Shown: piece by piece, positions 20,265 through 30,436 of the stretch | Position numbering within the stretch: the first letter of the stretch is position 1 | Layout of the letters: each line of letters opens with the position of its first letter | NCBI GenBank assembly: GCA_965648905.1 | Contig: CBFGIT010000004.1 | Span: 32,001-96,000 of the forward strand | DNA: 64,000 bases | Direction of reading: 5' to 3' | Source of the DNA: a candidate division WOR-3 bacterium | GTDB taxonomy: Bacteria > Hydrothermota > Tepidihabitantia > Tepidihabitantales > Tepidihabitantaceae | Position numbers and translations under genes: made by a program | Notes under the pieces: generated by a model | The model's database searches: none | Told to the model about the DNA's origin: nothing | The model's input: only the letters and a program-made list of their open reading frames with translations

Positions 20265-22306
20265 AACAGAGCGTCGTATTGCTCGCCGCACTCGGCCTGG
20301 TCGCGTTGCTCAGTTTCGGGTGCGGTCGCAAGAACAAGCCACCGTACCCGCCGACCCGTCCGTTCGGCTCGAGCACGCCAATCGTCGGAGTTGAGCAGAC
20401 TTATTCCACGACCGTGACTGACCCGGAAGGCGACAGCGTGTCGGTGATGTTCGACTGGGGCAACGGCGATTCCGGTGACTGGACCGCGTTTGCACCATCG
20501 AACCGGGCCATCAAGGTCAGCCACTCGTGGACCAGTACCGACACCTGCGTTATCAGGGTTGTTGCGCAGGACATCAAGGGCGAGCGGTCAGACTGGTCCA
20601 ACGGGCTTGAGGTCGCGGTGCTCTCTGACCCGCCGCCGGAAAAGCCGGCAACCCCAAGCGGACCCGAAAGCACAACGGTCAACTTCCCCAGTCGCTTCAG
20701 GTCCTCGGCCACCGACCCGGCCGGCGACAGCGTCGCGATTCGATTCGACTGGGGCAACGGCGATACGTCGGAGTGGAGTGACCTTGTTGCGTCAGGCAGC
20801 GAGGTCGTCGGCACGTACGCCTGGGTTTCGCTTGGCGCGGCTGCGGTTCGGGCCCAGGCGAAAGACGACAAGGGTGTCTTCTCCGAGTGGTCAGATGCCC
20901 ACCAGGTTACGGTTGTTGACAACAATCCGCCGGCCACGCCAGGTGCGCCAACCGGGCCTTCGGGCGGCGGGGCGAACACGCCTTTCTGGTTCACGGCCAC
21001 GACTACCGACCCGGACGGTGACAGCATTGCGGCCCGGTTCGCCTGGGGCGATGGCGACACTTCGGACTGGAGCCGGTTCTACCGCTCAGGCGGAACAGTT
21101 GCCTCAAGCCATGCCTGGAGAACCCCGGGTTCGTTCTCAGTCCGGGCCCAGGCGCGGGACGACCGTGGTGGCGTATCCGACTGGTCACAGGAACACCTGA
21201 TTGCCATCAGCACCGAAGGTACCCTGCGTTGGCGCTACCAGACCGGCAGCAGCATTATCGGTGTGCCGACCGTGGGTCGCGACGGCACAGTCTACGTCGG
21301 GTCGAACGGAGACAAGCTGACCGCAGTCAACCCGGACGGCACCAAGCAGTGGGAGTTCTCGACCGGCGGGCCAGGCGGGTTCGGCTCAACCGCGATCGGT
21401 GCGGACGGCACGGTCTACGCGTCGCACTGGGTCGAGGGTCTTGACGACTCACTCTATGCCCTCACGCCAGCCGGCACGAGAAAGTGGGCGTTTGCGGTCC
21501 CGTCCGGCTACGGGCCCGGCCATATTACAGTTGGTGCAGACGGCACGGTCTATGTGGTTGCCGGCGGCAATCAGGAGTTCTACGCCGTGAATCCGGACGG
21601 AACGCAGAAGTGGATGTTCTCAATCGGCGCTGAAGTAGCCGGCAATGCCGTACCGCCGGTTGCCGCGGACGGTACGGCCTATTGCGGCGGCTGGTGGAGC
21701 AATAGTCTGAGCGCAGTCTCGGCCGCAGGCAGCCAGTTGTGGTCATGCTATGTCGGCGGCGGGGTCGAGTCCGGTCCCGCAATCGGCAGCGACGGCACAA
21801 TCTACATCACCTCGGTCGCGGACCGCGTGGGCAGCTCAGAGCCGAGTTACATCTATGCGGTTCGGCCAGACGGTTCGTCGCGCTGGAGCTATCTGGCCAG
21901 CGGCCACATCCGGACCTCGCCCGCAATCGGCAGCGACGGTACAGTCTACTTCGGCACTCAGGACGGCCGGTTCTACGCGCTCTATGCGGACGGCGGCCTG
22001 AAATGGGTGTACACCAACGCGACCAACATCTCGCATTCTTCGCCGGTGATTGACGCCGACGGCATCGTCTATGTCGGTACAGTTGACCGCAGGCTGCTTG
22101 CTTTCAACCCGGACGGCACCCTGCGCTGGACCTATACTGCCGGCGGCCCGGTCGGCCCGCTTGCCATCGGCCCGGACGGCACCATCTACTTTGGTACAAA
22201 CGACGGCTATCTGTATGCGGTCAACGGCAGCGGTACACAGACCGGCAGTGGCTGGCCCATGTTCCAGCACGACCCTAGGCACACCGGCCGCACCAGCGGA
22301 AGATAG
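20261..22306 (+). CDS. Lipoprotein with PKD repeats and PQQ-like beta-propeller
   Basis: Lipobox LSFGC; three FDWG(N/D)GD repeats; PAIGSDGTVY repeats; WPMFQHD terminus. Confidence 0.85.
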   Translation: MKQSVVLLAALGLVALLSFGCGRKNKPPYPPTRPFGSSTPIVGVEQTYSTTVTDPEGDSVSVMFDWGNGDSGDWTAFAPSNRAIKVSHSWTSTDTCVIRVVAQDIKGERSDWSNGLEVAVLSDPPPEKPATPSGPESTTVNFPSRFRSSATDPAGDSVAIRFDWGNGDTSEWSDLVASGSEVVGTYAWVSLGAAAVRAQAKDDKGVFSEWSDAHQVTVVDNNPPATPGAPTGPSGGGANTPFWFTATTTDPDGDSIAARFAWGDGDTSDWSRFYRSGGTVASSHAWRTPGSFSVRAQARDDRGGVSDWSQEHLIAISTEGTLRWRYQTGSSIIGVPTVGRDGTVYVGSNGDKLTAVNPDGTKQWEFSTGGPGGFGSTAIGADGTVYASHWVEGLDDSLYALTPAGTRKWAFAVPSGYGPGHITVGADGTVYVVAGGNQEFYAVNPDGTQKWMFSIGAEVAGNAVPPVAADGTAYCGGWWSNSLSAVSAAGSQLWSCYVGGGVESGPAIGSDGTIYITSVADRVGSSEPSYIYAVRPDGSSRWSYLASGHIRTSPAIGSDGTVYFGTQDGRFYALYADGGLKWVYTNATNISHSSPVIDADGIVYVGTVDRRLLAFNPDGTLRWTYTAGGPVGPLAIGPDGTIYFGTNDGYLYAVNGSGTQTGSGWPMFQHDPRHTGRTSGR

Positions 22307-22361
22307 TCAGCATGCGGAATGACGGAAAGCAAAACGCGAATGGCGAGCAACGGAGGCTAAG

Positions 22362-25300
22362 ATGACTCAGAGAATCTTTTCCCTGACCATGGCGGTTACG
22401 TCCCTGCTCATGGCCCAATGGGGCCCGGACGTGCGGCTGACCAACGACCCGGCCTGGTCCGGGACATCGTACAGCAATGCCTGGTGCGTAGCGGCAACCG
22501 GCTACACGGTCCACGTTGTCTGGTCTGACTACCGGGGCGGGACCGCGGGAATCTACTACAAGCGGTCCCTTGACCGAGGGACAACCTGGAGCGCGGACAC
22601 TCGTCTGGACAGCTCAACGGCGAACGCGGTCTTTCCCTGCCTGGTAGCTGTTGGCTCCACACTGCATCTGGCTTGGACCGACTACCGCAACGGCAACTCT
22701 GAGACTTACTACAAACGCTCGACCAACGCCGGAGCATCCTGGAGCCTGGACGTCCGCCTGACGAACGACACTTTTCCCACCTATACCGCGTCAGTCGCGG
22801 TTGCCGGCGCATACGTCCACGTGGTCTTTGGCGACTGGCGCAGCGGCAATGAGGAGGTCTACTACAAGCGCTCAACCGACGCCGGCGCAACCTGGGGTCC
22901 AGACACCCGCCTGACCAATGCCACAGGCTATTCATCGTATCCGGCGGTTGCGGCAAGTGGCGACACAGTGCACGTCGTCTGGCAGGACACGCGCGACGGC
23001 AACTACGAAATCTACTACAAGAGATCGACTACCGGCGGCGCTTCCTGGCTCACCGACGTCCGGTTGACCACCAACCCCACGAACTCGGCCTCGGCGGCAA
23101 TCGCGGCCGTGGACAGCGTGGTTCACGTTGTCTGGTACGACGACCTGAGCGGTGACTACGAACTGTACTACAAGTACTCAACCGACGGCGGCGCAACCTG
23201 GAGCCCGGATTTGCGCCTGACCACGAGCCCCGGTCGCTCGATATTTCATTCGCTGGCCGCGGTCGGAAACGAAGTTCACCTCGTCTGGGAGGACGAGCGT
23301 GACGGCAACCAGGAAGTCTACTACAAGAGCTCGACCGACCGTGGTCTCTCGTGGACTGCAGACCTACGCCTGACCACGAGCCCCGACTCTTCGGCTCTGC
23401 CATCAATTGCGTACTCCGGCGGCACGGCCCATGTGGTCTGGTCAGACCGGCGCAGCGGCAACATGGAGGCTTACTACAAGCGTGGGTTTGTGTCCGATGT
23501 CGGCTGCACGCGCATCATCGCGCCTCTGGGCAACGTGGACTCGGGCCAGGTGGTGACCCCGCGCGCCTGGGTGCGCAACTTCGGGACCGTTACGGTCTCA
23601 TTCGGGGTCAGGCTCAGCATCGGTTCGTTCTACACCGACAGCGTGACCGTATCGAATCTCGCCGGCGGCGACTCGATGCTGCTGAACTTTCCCGCCTGGA
23701 CTGCCACACAGACCGGGATGCATGTCGTCCGGTGTTCGACCCGGCTGAACGGCGACGTGAACCCGGCCAATGACCGGCGGGTCGATTCGGTGCGCGTTGT
23801 CACTGCGCCAAGGCCGTTCGACGTCGGCGTGACCCGGATTGTCGCGCCGTTCGGCGACGTTGAACCGGGAAGCACGGTGTCTCCGACCGCGGCCTGGCGC
23901 AACTTCGGCGACACTGTCGCTTCGTTCCTTGCCTGGTTCAGCCTGCGCAACCCGCAGTTCACCGTGGTCTACAACCAGCTCCTGCCGGTCGCGGTCTTGC
24001 CCGGCGGTGCTGAGACCACGCTTGTGTTCCCGCCGTATGTACTTGATTCTGCTGAGGGACGCTGGACAACCCGGTGCTCGACCTACTATGTCGAGGACAT
24101 GAATCGGACGAACGATACGCTCAGTGGTTCGTTCACAATCTCGGCCCCACCGCCCTGGCCTGACACATGGGGCGAAGGCGAGCCGATGCCCGCGCCGAGC
24201 AACAAAGGGATAAAGGATGGCGGCTGGCTGGTTGTGCCGCCGGGCCTGACCGACGCGCCGCAGTACATATTTGCGGCCAAGGGCAACAAGACCGCTGATT
24301 TCTACCGCTACACGGTTGGGACCGGGGTCTGGACTCAGGCCGCCTCGATACCACTGGGCCGGGAAGGCAAGCTGCCGAGTAAGGGCTGCAAGGCCGCGGC
24401 CACCGAAGTCGGGCATGTTTACATGACGAAGGGGAACAACACCCCGGGCTTCTGGCGATACGACCCCAGTAAAGACTCATGGCGGCAACTGGCCGACGTG
24501 CCGCTCGGTACAAGCAACAAGAAGGTCAAAGACGGCAACGACCTCGCCTGCTTCACGAAAGCGGGCGAGCAGTACGTCTACCTGGTCAAGGGACAGAAGA
24601 CCAATGAGTTCTGGCGGTACCGGGTCTCAGGCGATAGCTGGTCACCGCTCCAGGCCGTGCCGGTAGACCTGCCCGCGATCAAGACCAATGCCGGCTCCTG
24701 GCTTGAGCTCGTGGAAGAGGCAACAGACGCACATCCTTACCTCTATCTGCACAAGTCCACGTACCATCACCTCCACCGCTACGACCTCATCAACGAAGCC
24801 TGGGTGCCGGGCCGGCGCACTGGAATGCCGTTTGTCGGCAAGTCGGGCAAGTCAAAGAAGAGCAAGGACGGCGGCAGCGCGACCTTCTGGAGCGGCGACA
24901 TCTACGCCCTCAAAGGCGGCAACACCTGTGAGTTCTGGAAGTACTCGCCGGCGACCGACCAGTGGACTGAACAGCCTTCGATTCCGGAGATAGGAGTGAG
25001 CGGCAAGAAGAAGAAGGTGAAAGCCGGAGCCGATGTGGTCAGCGTGGGCGGTGGCGCGTTCTTCGTTACCAAAGGCAACAAGACCAACGAATGCTGGCGG
25101 GTCGTACTCCAGAAGTCGAAGCAGGATGGCGCAACAGGCATGCGAGCCGGCAAAGGCAGCGTCCAACTGACAATTGGACCGAACCCGCTCCGGGCCGGGT
25201 TTGCGACAATCAGGCTGAGTGGTCAAGCACCGCTGGGATACGAGATTCCTGCCAAGGTCAGCATGTACGATGCTGCCGGCCGTCTGGTCCTGCATTCGTC

Positions 25301-25424
25301 ATTCGACAATCGAACTTCGTCATTGCCGCTCGACCTCAGGCATCTGCGCGCCGGCGTGTACATGCTGCGGCTCGAGCACAAAGGCGGCTGCACGGACCAT
25401 AAACTGGTCGTCGTTTCGCAGTAG
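22362..25424 (+). CDS. Secreted BNR/sialidase-like propeller + CARDB + Kelch-like protein with T9SS-type CTD
   Basis: YYKRSTD.GATW repeats; DVG.TRI.AP repeats; KGN(K/N)T Kelch-like repeats; LRAGVYML. Confidence 0.85.
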   Translation: MTQRIFSLTMAVTSLLMAQWGPDVRLTNDPAWSGTSYSNAWCVAATGYTVHVVWSDYRGGTAGIYYKRSLDRGTTWSADTRLDSSTANAVFPCLVAVGSTLHLAWTDYRNGNSETYYKRSTNAGASWSLDVRLTNDTFPTYTASVAVAGAYVHVVFGDWRSGNEEVYYKRSTDAGATWGPDTRLTNATGYSSYPAVAASGDTVHVVWQDTRDGNYEIYYKRSTTGGASWLTDVRLTTNPTNSASAAIAAVDSVVHVVWYDDLSGDYELYYKYSTDGGATWSPDLRLTTSPGRSIFHSLAAVGNEVHLVWEDERDGNQEVYYKSSTDRGLSWTADLRLTTSPDSSALPSIAYSGGTAHVVWSDRRSGNMEAYYKRGFVSDVGCTRIIAPLGNVDSGQVVTPRAWVRNFGTVTVSFGVRLSIGSFYTDSVTVSNLAGGDSMLLNFPAWTATQTGMHVVRCSTRLNGDVNPANDRRVDSVRVVTAPRPFDVGVTRIVAPFGDVEPGSTVSPTAAWRNFGDTVASFLAWFSLRNPQFTVVYNQLLPVAVLPGGAETTLVFPPYVLDSAEGRWTTRCSTYYVEDMNRTNDTLSGSFTISAPPPWPDTWGEGEPMPAPSNKGIKDGGWLVVPPGLTDAPQYIFAAKGNKTADFYRYTVGTGVWTQAASIPLGREGKLPSKGCKAAATEVGHVYMTKGNNTPGFWRYDPSKDSWRQLADVPLGTSNKKVKDGNDLACFTKAGEQYVYLVKGQKTNEFWRYRVSGDSWSPLQAVPVDLPAIKTNAGSWLELVEEATDAHPYLYLHKSTYHHLHRYDLINEAWVPGRRTGMPFVGKSGKSKKSKDGGSATFWSGDIYALKGGNTCEFWKYSPATDQWTEQPSIPEIGVSGKKKKVKAGADVVSVGGGAFFVTKGNKTNECWRVVLQKSKQDGATGMRAGKGSVQLTIGPNPLRAGFATIRLSGQAPLGYEIPAKVSMYDAAGRLVLHSSFDNRTSSLPLDLRHLRAGVYMLRLEHKGGCTDHKLVVVSQ

Positions 25425-25544
25425 CACGCCGGGAATGTGGCATTGCCACGGACGCGCTCCGGGCCGGCGATGGCGAATCGGCCGGCGACGAGCAGGCAGC
25501 ATCAAAGTCACCAAGGCCGTGATTGCAGAACAGGAGGACCATCC

Positions 25545-27167
25545 ATGAAGAGAACATTAGTTGCGGTGTTCGTTGTTCTATCGGCTGCCAGCGGTCAGAC
25601 CCTGCGTTGGGTCTATCACCACGGCGATTCGTTGTCGTTGGCAGGAATAGCCCGAGCCGTGGTTTGCGCGCCGGACAGCAGCATCTACGCGGCCGGGACA
25701 AACTTCGGCTGGCCATTCGTGCCGCAGATGACGGTTGTCGGTCTGCGGCCGGACGGCACCCGTCGCTGGACCTACGAACGCCTCGGATACATTGCCTGGC
25801 TGTCTCAGCCGGACTTTGTCAGACGCCCGCTCGCCTATGGCAATGACGGCAATCTCTATGCAGCGGGCGCGGTTATCGACACAGCCGGTGGCGTCATGGA
25901 GAGGTGGGATTTCACCGCTCTCAGCCTGACCCGGCAGGGTCAGGAACGCTGGGTGTACACTTGGGCAGGACCGACCGACAGCGGCGGTTTTGCCCAGGCA
26001 GTCACGCAAGGAGCAGACGGCAGCGTCTATGCAGCGGGCTGGTGCATGGCAGGTGGCAGCAATATGATTCTGACCGTTGTCGGCCTGGCCCAGGCCGGCC
26101 AGTTGCGATGGACTTATCTCCACTCCGGCCACGGAGGGTACTACGAAATGGCGACCGACGTAATCTGCGGGGCTGACGGCAGTATCTATGTCGTCGGCCC
26201 GGTGGGGATAGACAGTGCTCCACGCCTGACCGTCATCAGCCTGAGCCCGTCGGGCAGCGTGCGCTGGGTCTATCGGCACGACAGCCTGGGCACCTCCCGC
26301 GGCTACTCGCTTGCGGCCGCGTGCGGCCCGGACGGCAACATCTACGTTGCCGGTGGCATCGAGGGAACCGGATATGACCTAGATTTTGCGGTCCTATCAC
26401 TGACTCCGGCTGGAACCGAGCGCTGGGTCTATCGCTACAACGGGCCAGCCAACCTGGATGACTTCGCGTTCTCGCTGGTCTGTGCCGAGGACGGGACCAT
26501 CTATGCCTCGGGGTACAGTATTGGCGTCGACAGCGCTCAGGACGTCGCGGTCGTCAGTCTGACTTCGTCGGGCAGCGAGCAGTGGGTGTACCGACTTCGC
26601 ACCCACTCTCCGCAGGCGTATGAGTGCCCGCTGGCGCTGGGCGTGGACGGCAACATCTACGCCGCGGGAACAAGCTACAGTGACAGCACTAGAGAGGACG
26701 TCGCGGTCGTCAGCCTGACTCGGGCTGGTGTCGAGCGTTGGACCTATCGCTACGACGGCCCACCGAGCTATCCCGATGCACCTTTGGCGCTGGCATCGAA
26801 CCCGGACGGCAACATCTATATTGCCGGCGTGAGCGAATCCCAATTCACAATCATCAGTCTGGACCCGACGCTCGGTATTGAACAACCGAGCCGCGAAGCA
26901 GGAACCAGCAGGCGAGAGCCGCTGGCAACGGTCATCCGTGGCGTGCTGTACCTGCGGCCCTCACCCTTCCCTCTCCCAGTGGGAGAGGGGCAGGAGGTGA
27001 GGGGGCAAAGCCTGCTGCTCGACGTGGCCGGCCGGCAGGTGATGGAGTTGCGTTCCGGCGCCAACGACATCCGGCATCTTGCTCCGGGCGTGTACTTCGT
27101 ATGCTCCGGGCCGTCGGCTGCCGTCGGCCGGACGTCATCAGGCCGCAAGGTCGTGATCGCCGAATAG
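25545..27167 (+). CDS. Secreted beta-propeller protein with T9SS-type CTD
   Basis: AGGAGG RBS; signal peptide; DGNIYAAG and ERWVYRY repeats; LAPGVYF. Confidence 0.8.
   Translation: MKRTLVAVFVVLSAASGQTLRWVYHHGDSLSLAGIARAVVCAPDSSIYAAGTNFGWPFVPQMTVVGLRPDGTRRWTYERLGYIAWLSQPDFVRRPLAYGNDGNLYAAGAVIDTAGGVMERWDFTALSLTRQGQERWVYTWAGPTDSGGFAQAVTQGADGSVYAAGWCMAGGSNMILTVVGLAQAGQLRWTYLHSGHGGYYEMATDVICGADGSIYVVGPVGIDSAPRLTVISLSPSGSVRWVYRHDSLGTSRGYSLAAACGPDGNIYVAGGIEGTGYDLDFAVLSLTPAGTERWVYRYNGPANLDDFAFSLVCAEDGTIYASGYSIGVDSAQDVAVVSLTSSGSEQWVYRLRTHSPQAYECPLALGVDGNIYAAGTSYSDSTREDVAVVSLTRAGVERWTYRYDGPPSYPDAPLALASNPDGNIYIAGVSESQFTIISLDPTLGIEQPSREAGTSRREPLATVIRGVLYLRPSPFPLPVGEGQEVRGQSLLLDVAGRQVMELRSGANDIRHLAPGVYFVCSGPSAAVGRTSSGRKVVIAE
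26958..27003. repeat. In-frame REP-like palindrome
   Basis: CCCTCACC..CCCTCTCCC-AGT-GGGAGAGGG..GGTGAGGG. Confidence 0.8.
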
Positions 27168-27176
27168 GCATCGCCA

Positions 27177-27716
27177 ATGCGGCAATCGACGGTGCTGTTG
27201 TCTGTGGCCAAGGCGCAACTGATGCCCGCAGTTCTGCTGGCACTCGTTTCCTGCGTGATGACGACCAAGTACGCGGTCGAGGCGGATAGAGGTGAGACAA
27301 CAAAGCACGTGGCCAAGGTACACCTGAGGGACGGATCGGTTGCGATCTACCGCACCGGCTTCTCAGTGGTCGGACAGAAAATCGAAGGCACTTACACGCG
27401 TTACGACCTTGGCCGCTTCCTCACCGCCGCGCTGAGCGACGCACCGCTGCCGTTGGACAGCGTGCTTGGAGTAGTCAGCTACCCGCGCCGGTTGCAGGTC
27501 GGGCCGCTTGTGGCGAGCGCCCCGGCTGCGGGCTTGGTAGGCGCCTGCGTCGCCATTATCTTGCACGGTGACCTTGGTGGCACAGGTGACTGTGAGCTTC
27601 CTATCAACCACACCAGCTATGGCTATGACTGCAAAGCGCCAGCTGTCTTGCTGAATGTGACCGCACCGGAGGCGGGAGAGCGTTCCACTGAACCCGGAAC
27701 AGGAGAGAGGCGATGA
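27177..27716 (+). CDS. Hypothetical (lipo)protein
   Basis: LALVSC lipobox-like; VHLRDGS motif; co-directional packing. Confidence 0.55.
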   Translation: MRQSTVLLSVAKAQLMPAVLLALVSCVMTTKYAVEADRGETTKHVAKVHLRDGSVAIYRTGFSVVGQKIEGTYTRYDLGRFLTAALSDAPLPLDSVLGVVSYPRRLQVGPLVASAPAAGLVGACVAIILHGDLGGTGDCELPINHTSYGYDCKAPAVLLNVTAPEAGERSTEPGTGERR

Positions 27717-28243
27717 GATACCTATGCTTGGTCGTCTGTACGGTGTTGTGCTGCTTTGTTGCCTGCGTGAATCGAGTGCAGACGGACAAGCCGTGGGGCG
27801 AACAGGCCAGAGTCTGGTTGAAGGATGGAACAGTCCATGACGGAGAGCTGCTCGCAGTAACGGCTACATCGCTGCTGTTTGCCGACCAGGGCAGCCGCGC
27901 GGTCAGCGACATCCCGTTGACCAGCATCAAGCGCGTGCATGTCCGGGACTACAGCCAGATGGGCCTGAGAGTAGCCGGCATGGTGCCGACTGTTCTGGTC
28001 TACTCGGCCGCGGCCGCTGTGTTGGCGACGGTGGGGAGCTGGTGGTCGCTCATACCAATCTTGGCTGCAAGTGGGTCGGTCTGGACATTCCTGGCCGATG
28101 ACCCCAAGGTGCGCTTCGGACCGGACTTCGACAGCCAGACCATAGTGGCATTGCGGGTCTACTGCCGCTATCCGTACGGGCTGACTGATGAGCAGCAGGC
28201 GATTATCAAGGCGGCGGGCGGCGGGTCGCGCCCGCAACCCTGA
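27713..28243 (+). CDS. Hypothetical lipoprotein/membrane protein
   Basis: ATGA overlap with previous ORF; VWLKDGTVHDGELL motif; hydrophobic hairpin. Confidence 0.65.
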   Translation: MRYLCLVVCTVLCCFVACVNRVQTDKPWGEQARVWLKDGTVHDGELLAVTATSLLFADQGSRAVSDIPLTSIKRVHVRDYSQMGLRVAGMVPTVLVYSAAAAVLATVGSWWSLIPILAASGSVWTFLADDPKVRFGPDFDSQTIVALRVYCRYPYGLTDEQQAIIKAAGGGSRPQP

Positions 28244-28271
28244 GGGCAGCACGGGCGAGCTGCGCTCCGCC

Positions 28272-28988
28272 ATGACCACGATGCCAGCAGTACGCATCAG
28301 AGGGACGAACACGGCCTGCGTTCGGCTGCTTCTGTCGACGCTGCTGCTTGTCTGTCTCCTACTGGCCTGTTCTGCGCCGCTGACGTTCGAACGGGCGCGG
28401 ATTCACCAGGGCATTTGTGTCGGCGGCGGGCTGGGAGTCACCAGTAGTTGCGGGTTCGGTGAAGCAGAGCCGGACACTGTTGAAGAAGAACACTGGGGGC
28501 TGAATCTGGTTTCGCGTCGGGATGTCAGCGCAATCGGCAGTATCTCTCTGTTCTGCGGTCTGTCGCCGAGTCTGGCACTGGGTGCCCGGGCTTCGACTGC
28601 GTTCTGGAGGCACTCGGGCTCCCACCTCTTCTGGCCGCTTGGCTACTTGCAGGCAATCGACCTGCGGGCCGGCCTCAGAACACGTGTCGGCGGAGCGGGC
28701 GCGTTCGCGCTCGACGTCGGTTGGCCAACGGTCGCAGAGTGCGGGTATCTGCACGACTTCGGCAACCCGTTGACGCTGCGCGCGGGCCTTGGCGTGCGCG
28801 GTCTGGACGCTGCGGGCGTTCTGCACGTGCCGTTGGGACTGGTGGATGGGCATCTGGTGTTGAGTACGCTGTTCTTGTGGCCGAGCTGGCACGAAGTCAG
28901 AGCAGAATTCCGGATACCGTCTTTCTCGCTTGGCTTGGGTATCGGGTCCGTGGCGGCGCCGTGGAGCGAGGATGGCTGGCCGGATTAG
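28272..28988 (+). CDS. Hypothetical, possibly outer-membrane, protein
   Basis: LLLACS lipobox-like; alternating beta-strand pattern. Confidence 0.5.
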   Translation: MTTMPAVRIRGTNTACVRLLLSTLLLVCLLLACSAPLTFERARIHQGICVGGGLGVTSSCGFGEAEPDTVEEEHWGLNLVSRRDVSAIGSISLFCGLSPSLALGARASTAFWRHSGSHLFWPLGYLQAIDLRAGLRTRVGGAGAFALDVGWPTVAECGYLHDFGNPLTLRAGLGVRGLDAAGVLHVPLGLVDGHLVLSTLFLWPSWHEVRAEFRIPSFSLGLGIGSVAAPWSEDGWPD

Positions 28989-29256
28989 TGAACTGCTGCA
29001 GAGCGGCGCTCGGTCAAGTGGGGCGTCGGAGCAGGCCGTCCAGGGCCAGCAGGGCGAAGTCAAGCTTGGACGAGGTTCTCGCCATGCCGTAGCAGCGGAG
29101 CGGGCCCGAGACTTCCTTGTCCAACGTCTGTCCACTGCGCCACAGGCGGGCGCTTCGTCGCTCGGGCGGCGTGCTCACCGACGACGAACTGCGGCGCATC
29201 GTCTTCATCGCCCGGTTGGTCGTCAAAGAGATGCTCGACCCGCTGAGGAGGCGGTC

Positions 29257-29604
29257 ATGAAGCGCGTGGTGCTGCTGCTGCTTGTGTTCGCGCTCACCGG
29301 CGTGGCCTCTGAAATCGGCGAGAAGAAGGTCAAGACGGTGATGGTCCTGTCCTCGACCGTGCCCGGAGCCGGGCAGTTCTACCTCGGCAATTCCGGCGGC
29401 GGGTTCTTTGCCCTGGGCACGGAGTTGATGTGGTGGGGTGGTGCGACCGCGTTCTTCTTCGTGGGCAGGTGGGTTGCGGACTCGATACCGCTTGCGACGC
29501 CTGAGCGAGCGGCGGAACTCAGGGTGCTGAGGACTGCGTCGCACATCAGTACCGGGGTGTTCGCGGCCGCTGCCTTGGGCTGGCGCACAATCATGGTCGG
29601 GTAG
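29257..29604 (+). pseudogene. Membrane protein (PGAGQFY motif) apparently cut by an in-frame TAG
   Basis: GAGGAGG RBS; signal peptide; after TAG 29602-29604 the same frame continues VHDDAVARN...GVRLGLYRRF. Confidence 0.5.
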
Positions 29605-29748
29605 GTGCACGACGATGCAGTGGCGCGGAACTACCGGAGCCGGTTTCTCAGCGTGCGCGCCGGGCTTGCGCCGGAGCTGGACGGCGTCAGGCTTGGACTG
29701 TACCGGCGGTTCAGAGTACGATGCGAAGTTCGTGACCGGGAGGTTCTA

Positions 29749-30426
29749 GTGAGAAACACGACCTCTGTGATTGCCGTTGTGACGCTGTTTTGTTCGGCCC
29801 TGTTCCCGCCGGTGGTAGCTGGCTACTCCGAGGAGACAACAGTACTCGACCCGGTTTCCCAGTACGGCGTGGGCTGCCTTGGTGAGGGCCTTATCGGCGT
29901 TTCCGCAGCAGCGCTGGGCGGTTGTCTGGTTGCCATCACGACGACTGAGGATGTGAAGTACATCACCGTTCCCGGTGAACGCGAGAAACTGCCTGTGCCG
30001 GTGTCCCACACCAATCCTGCTGCTGCCGCGGTTGCCGCGACCTTGACCGGCATCGGATTGGTTTTTGGTCCGGCGGCAGGAGTCTACTGGCGCGGCAGCC
30101 GGCTCGAGGCACCTGGTTCGTTCTGGGCGGCATCAGTCGGCTCGCTCGCCGGGCTGGTTGCCGGCGGTCTTGTCGGAGGTCTGCCTGCCCACCTTCTCAG
30201 TGGTGGCAATGGTGTCGTTGTCGGCTTGTGCGGGTCGGTCGGCGCCCTTTTGGCCGCGCCCGCAGGCGCGGTCATTGGCTACAACCTGAGCCGGCCGGGG
30301 TCGGATGTCGGAGAGTCATACGGGAACCGGCTCGGACTGCCGCACGTGGCGATACGGCAAGAGTGCCTTCTTGGCCGGTCAGAAGTGACCGTCTATGATG
30401 CGAGGCTTGTGACCATGAGATTCTAG
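29749..30426 (+). CDS. Hypothetical Gly-rich membrane protein
   Basis: GGGAGG RBS before GTG; AVIGYNLS motif; C-terminal Phe. Confidence 0.6.
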   Translation: MRNTTSVIAVVTLFCSALFPPVVAGYSEETTVLDPVSQYGVGCLGEGLIGVSAAALGGCLVAITTTEDVKYITVPGEREKLPVPVSHTNPAAAAVAATLTGIGLVFGPAAGVYWRGSRLEAPGSFWAASVGSLAGLVAGGLVGGLPAHLLSGGNGVVVGLCGSVGALLAAPAGAVIGYNLSRPGSDVGESYGNRLGLPHVAIRQECLLGRSEVTVYDARLVTMRF

Positions 30427-30436
30427 AGGAGGATGA

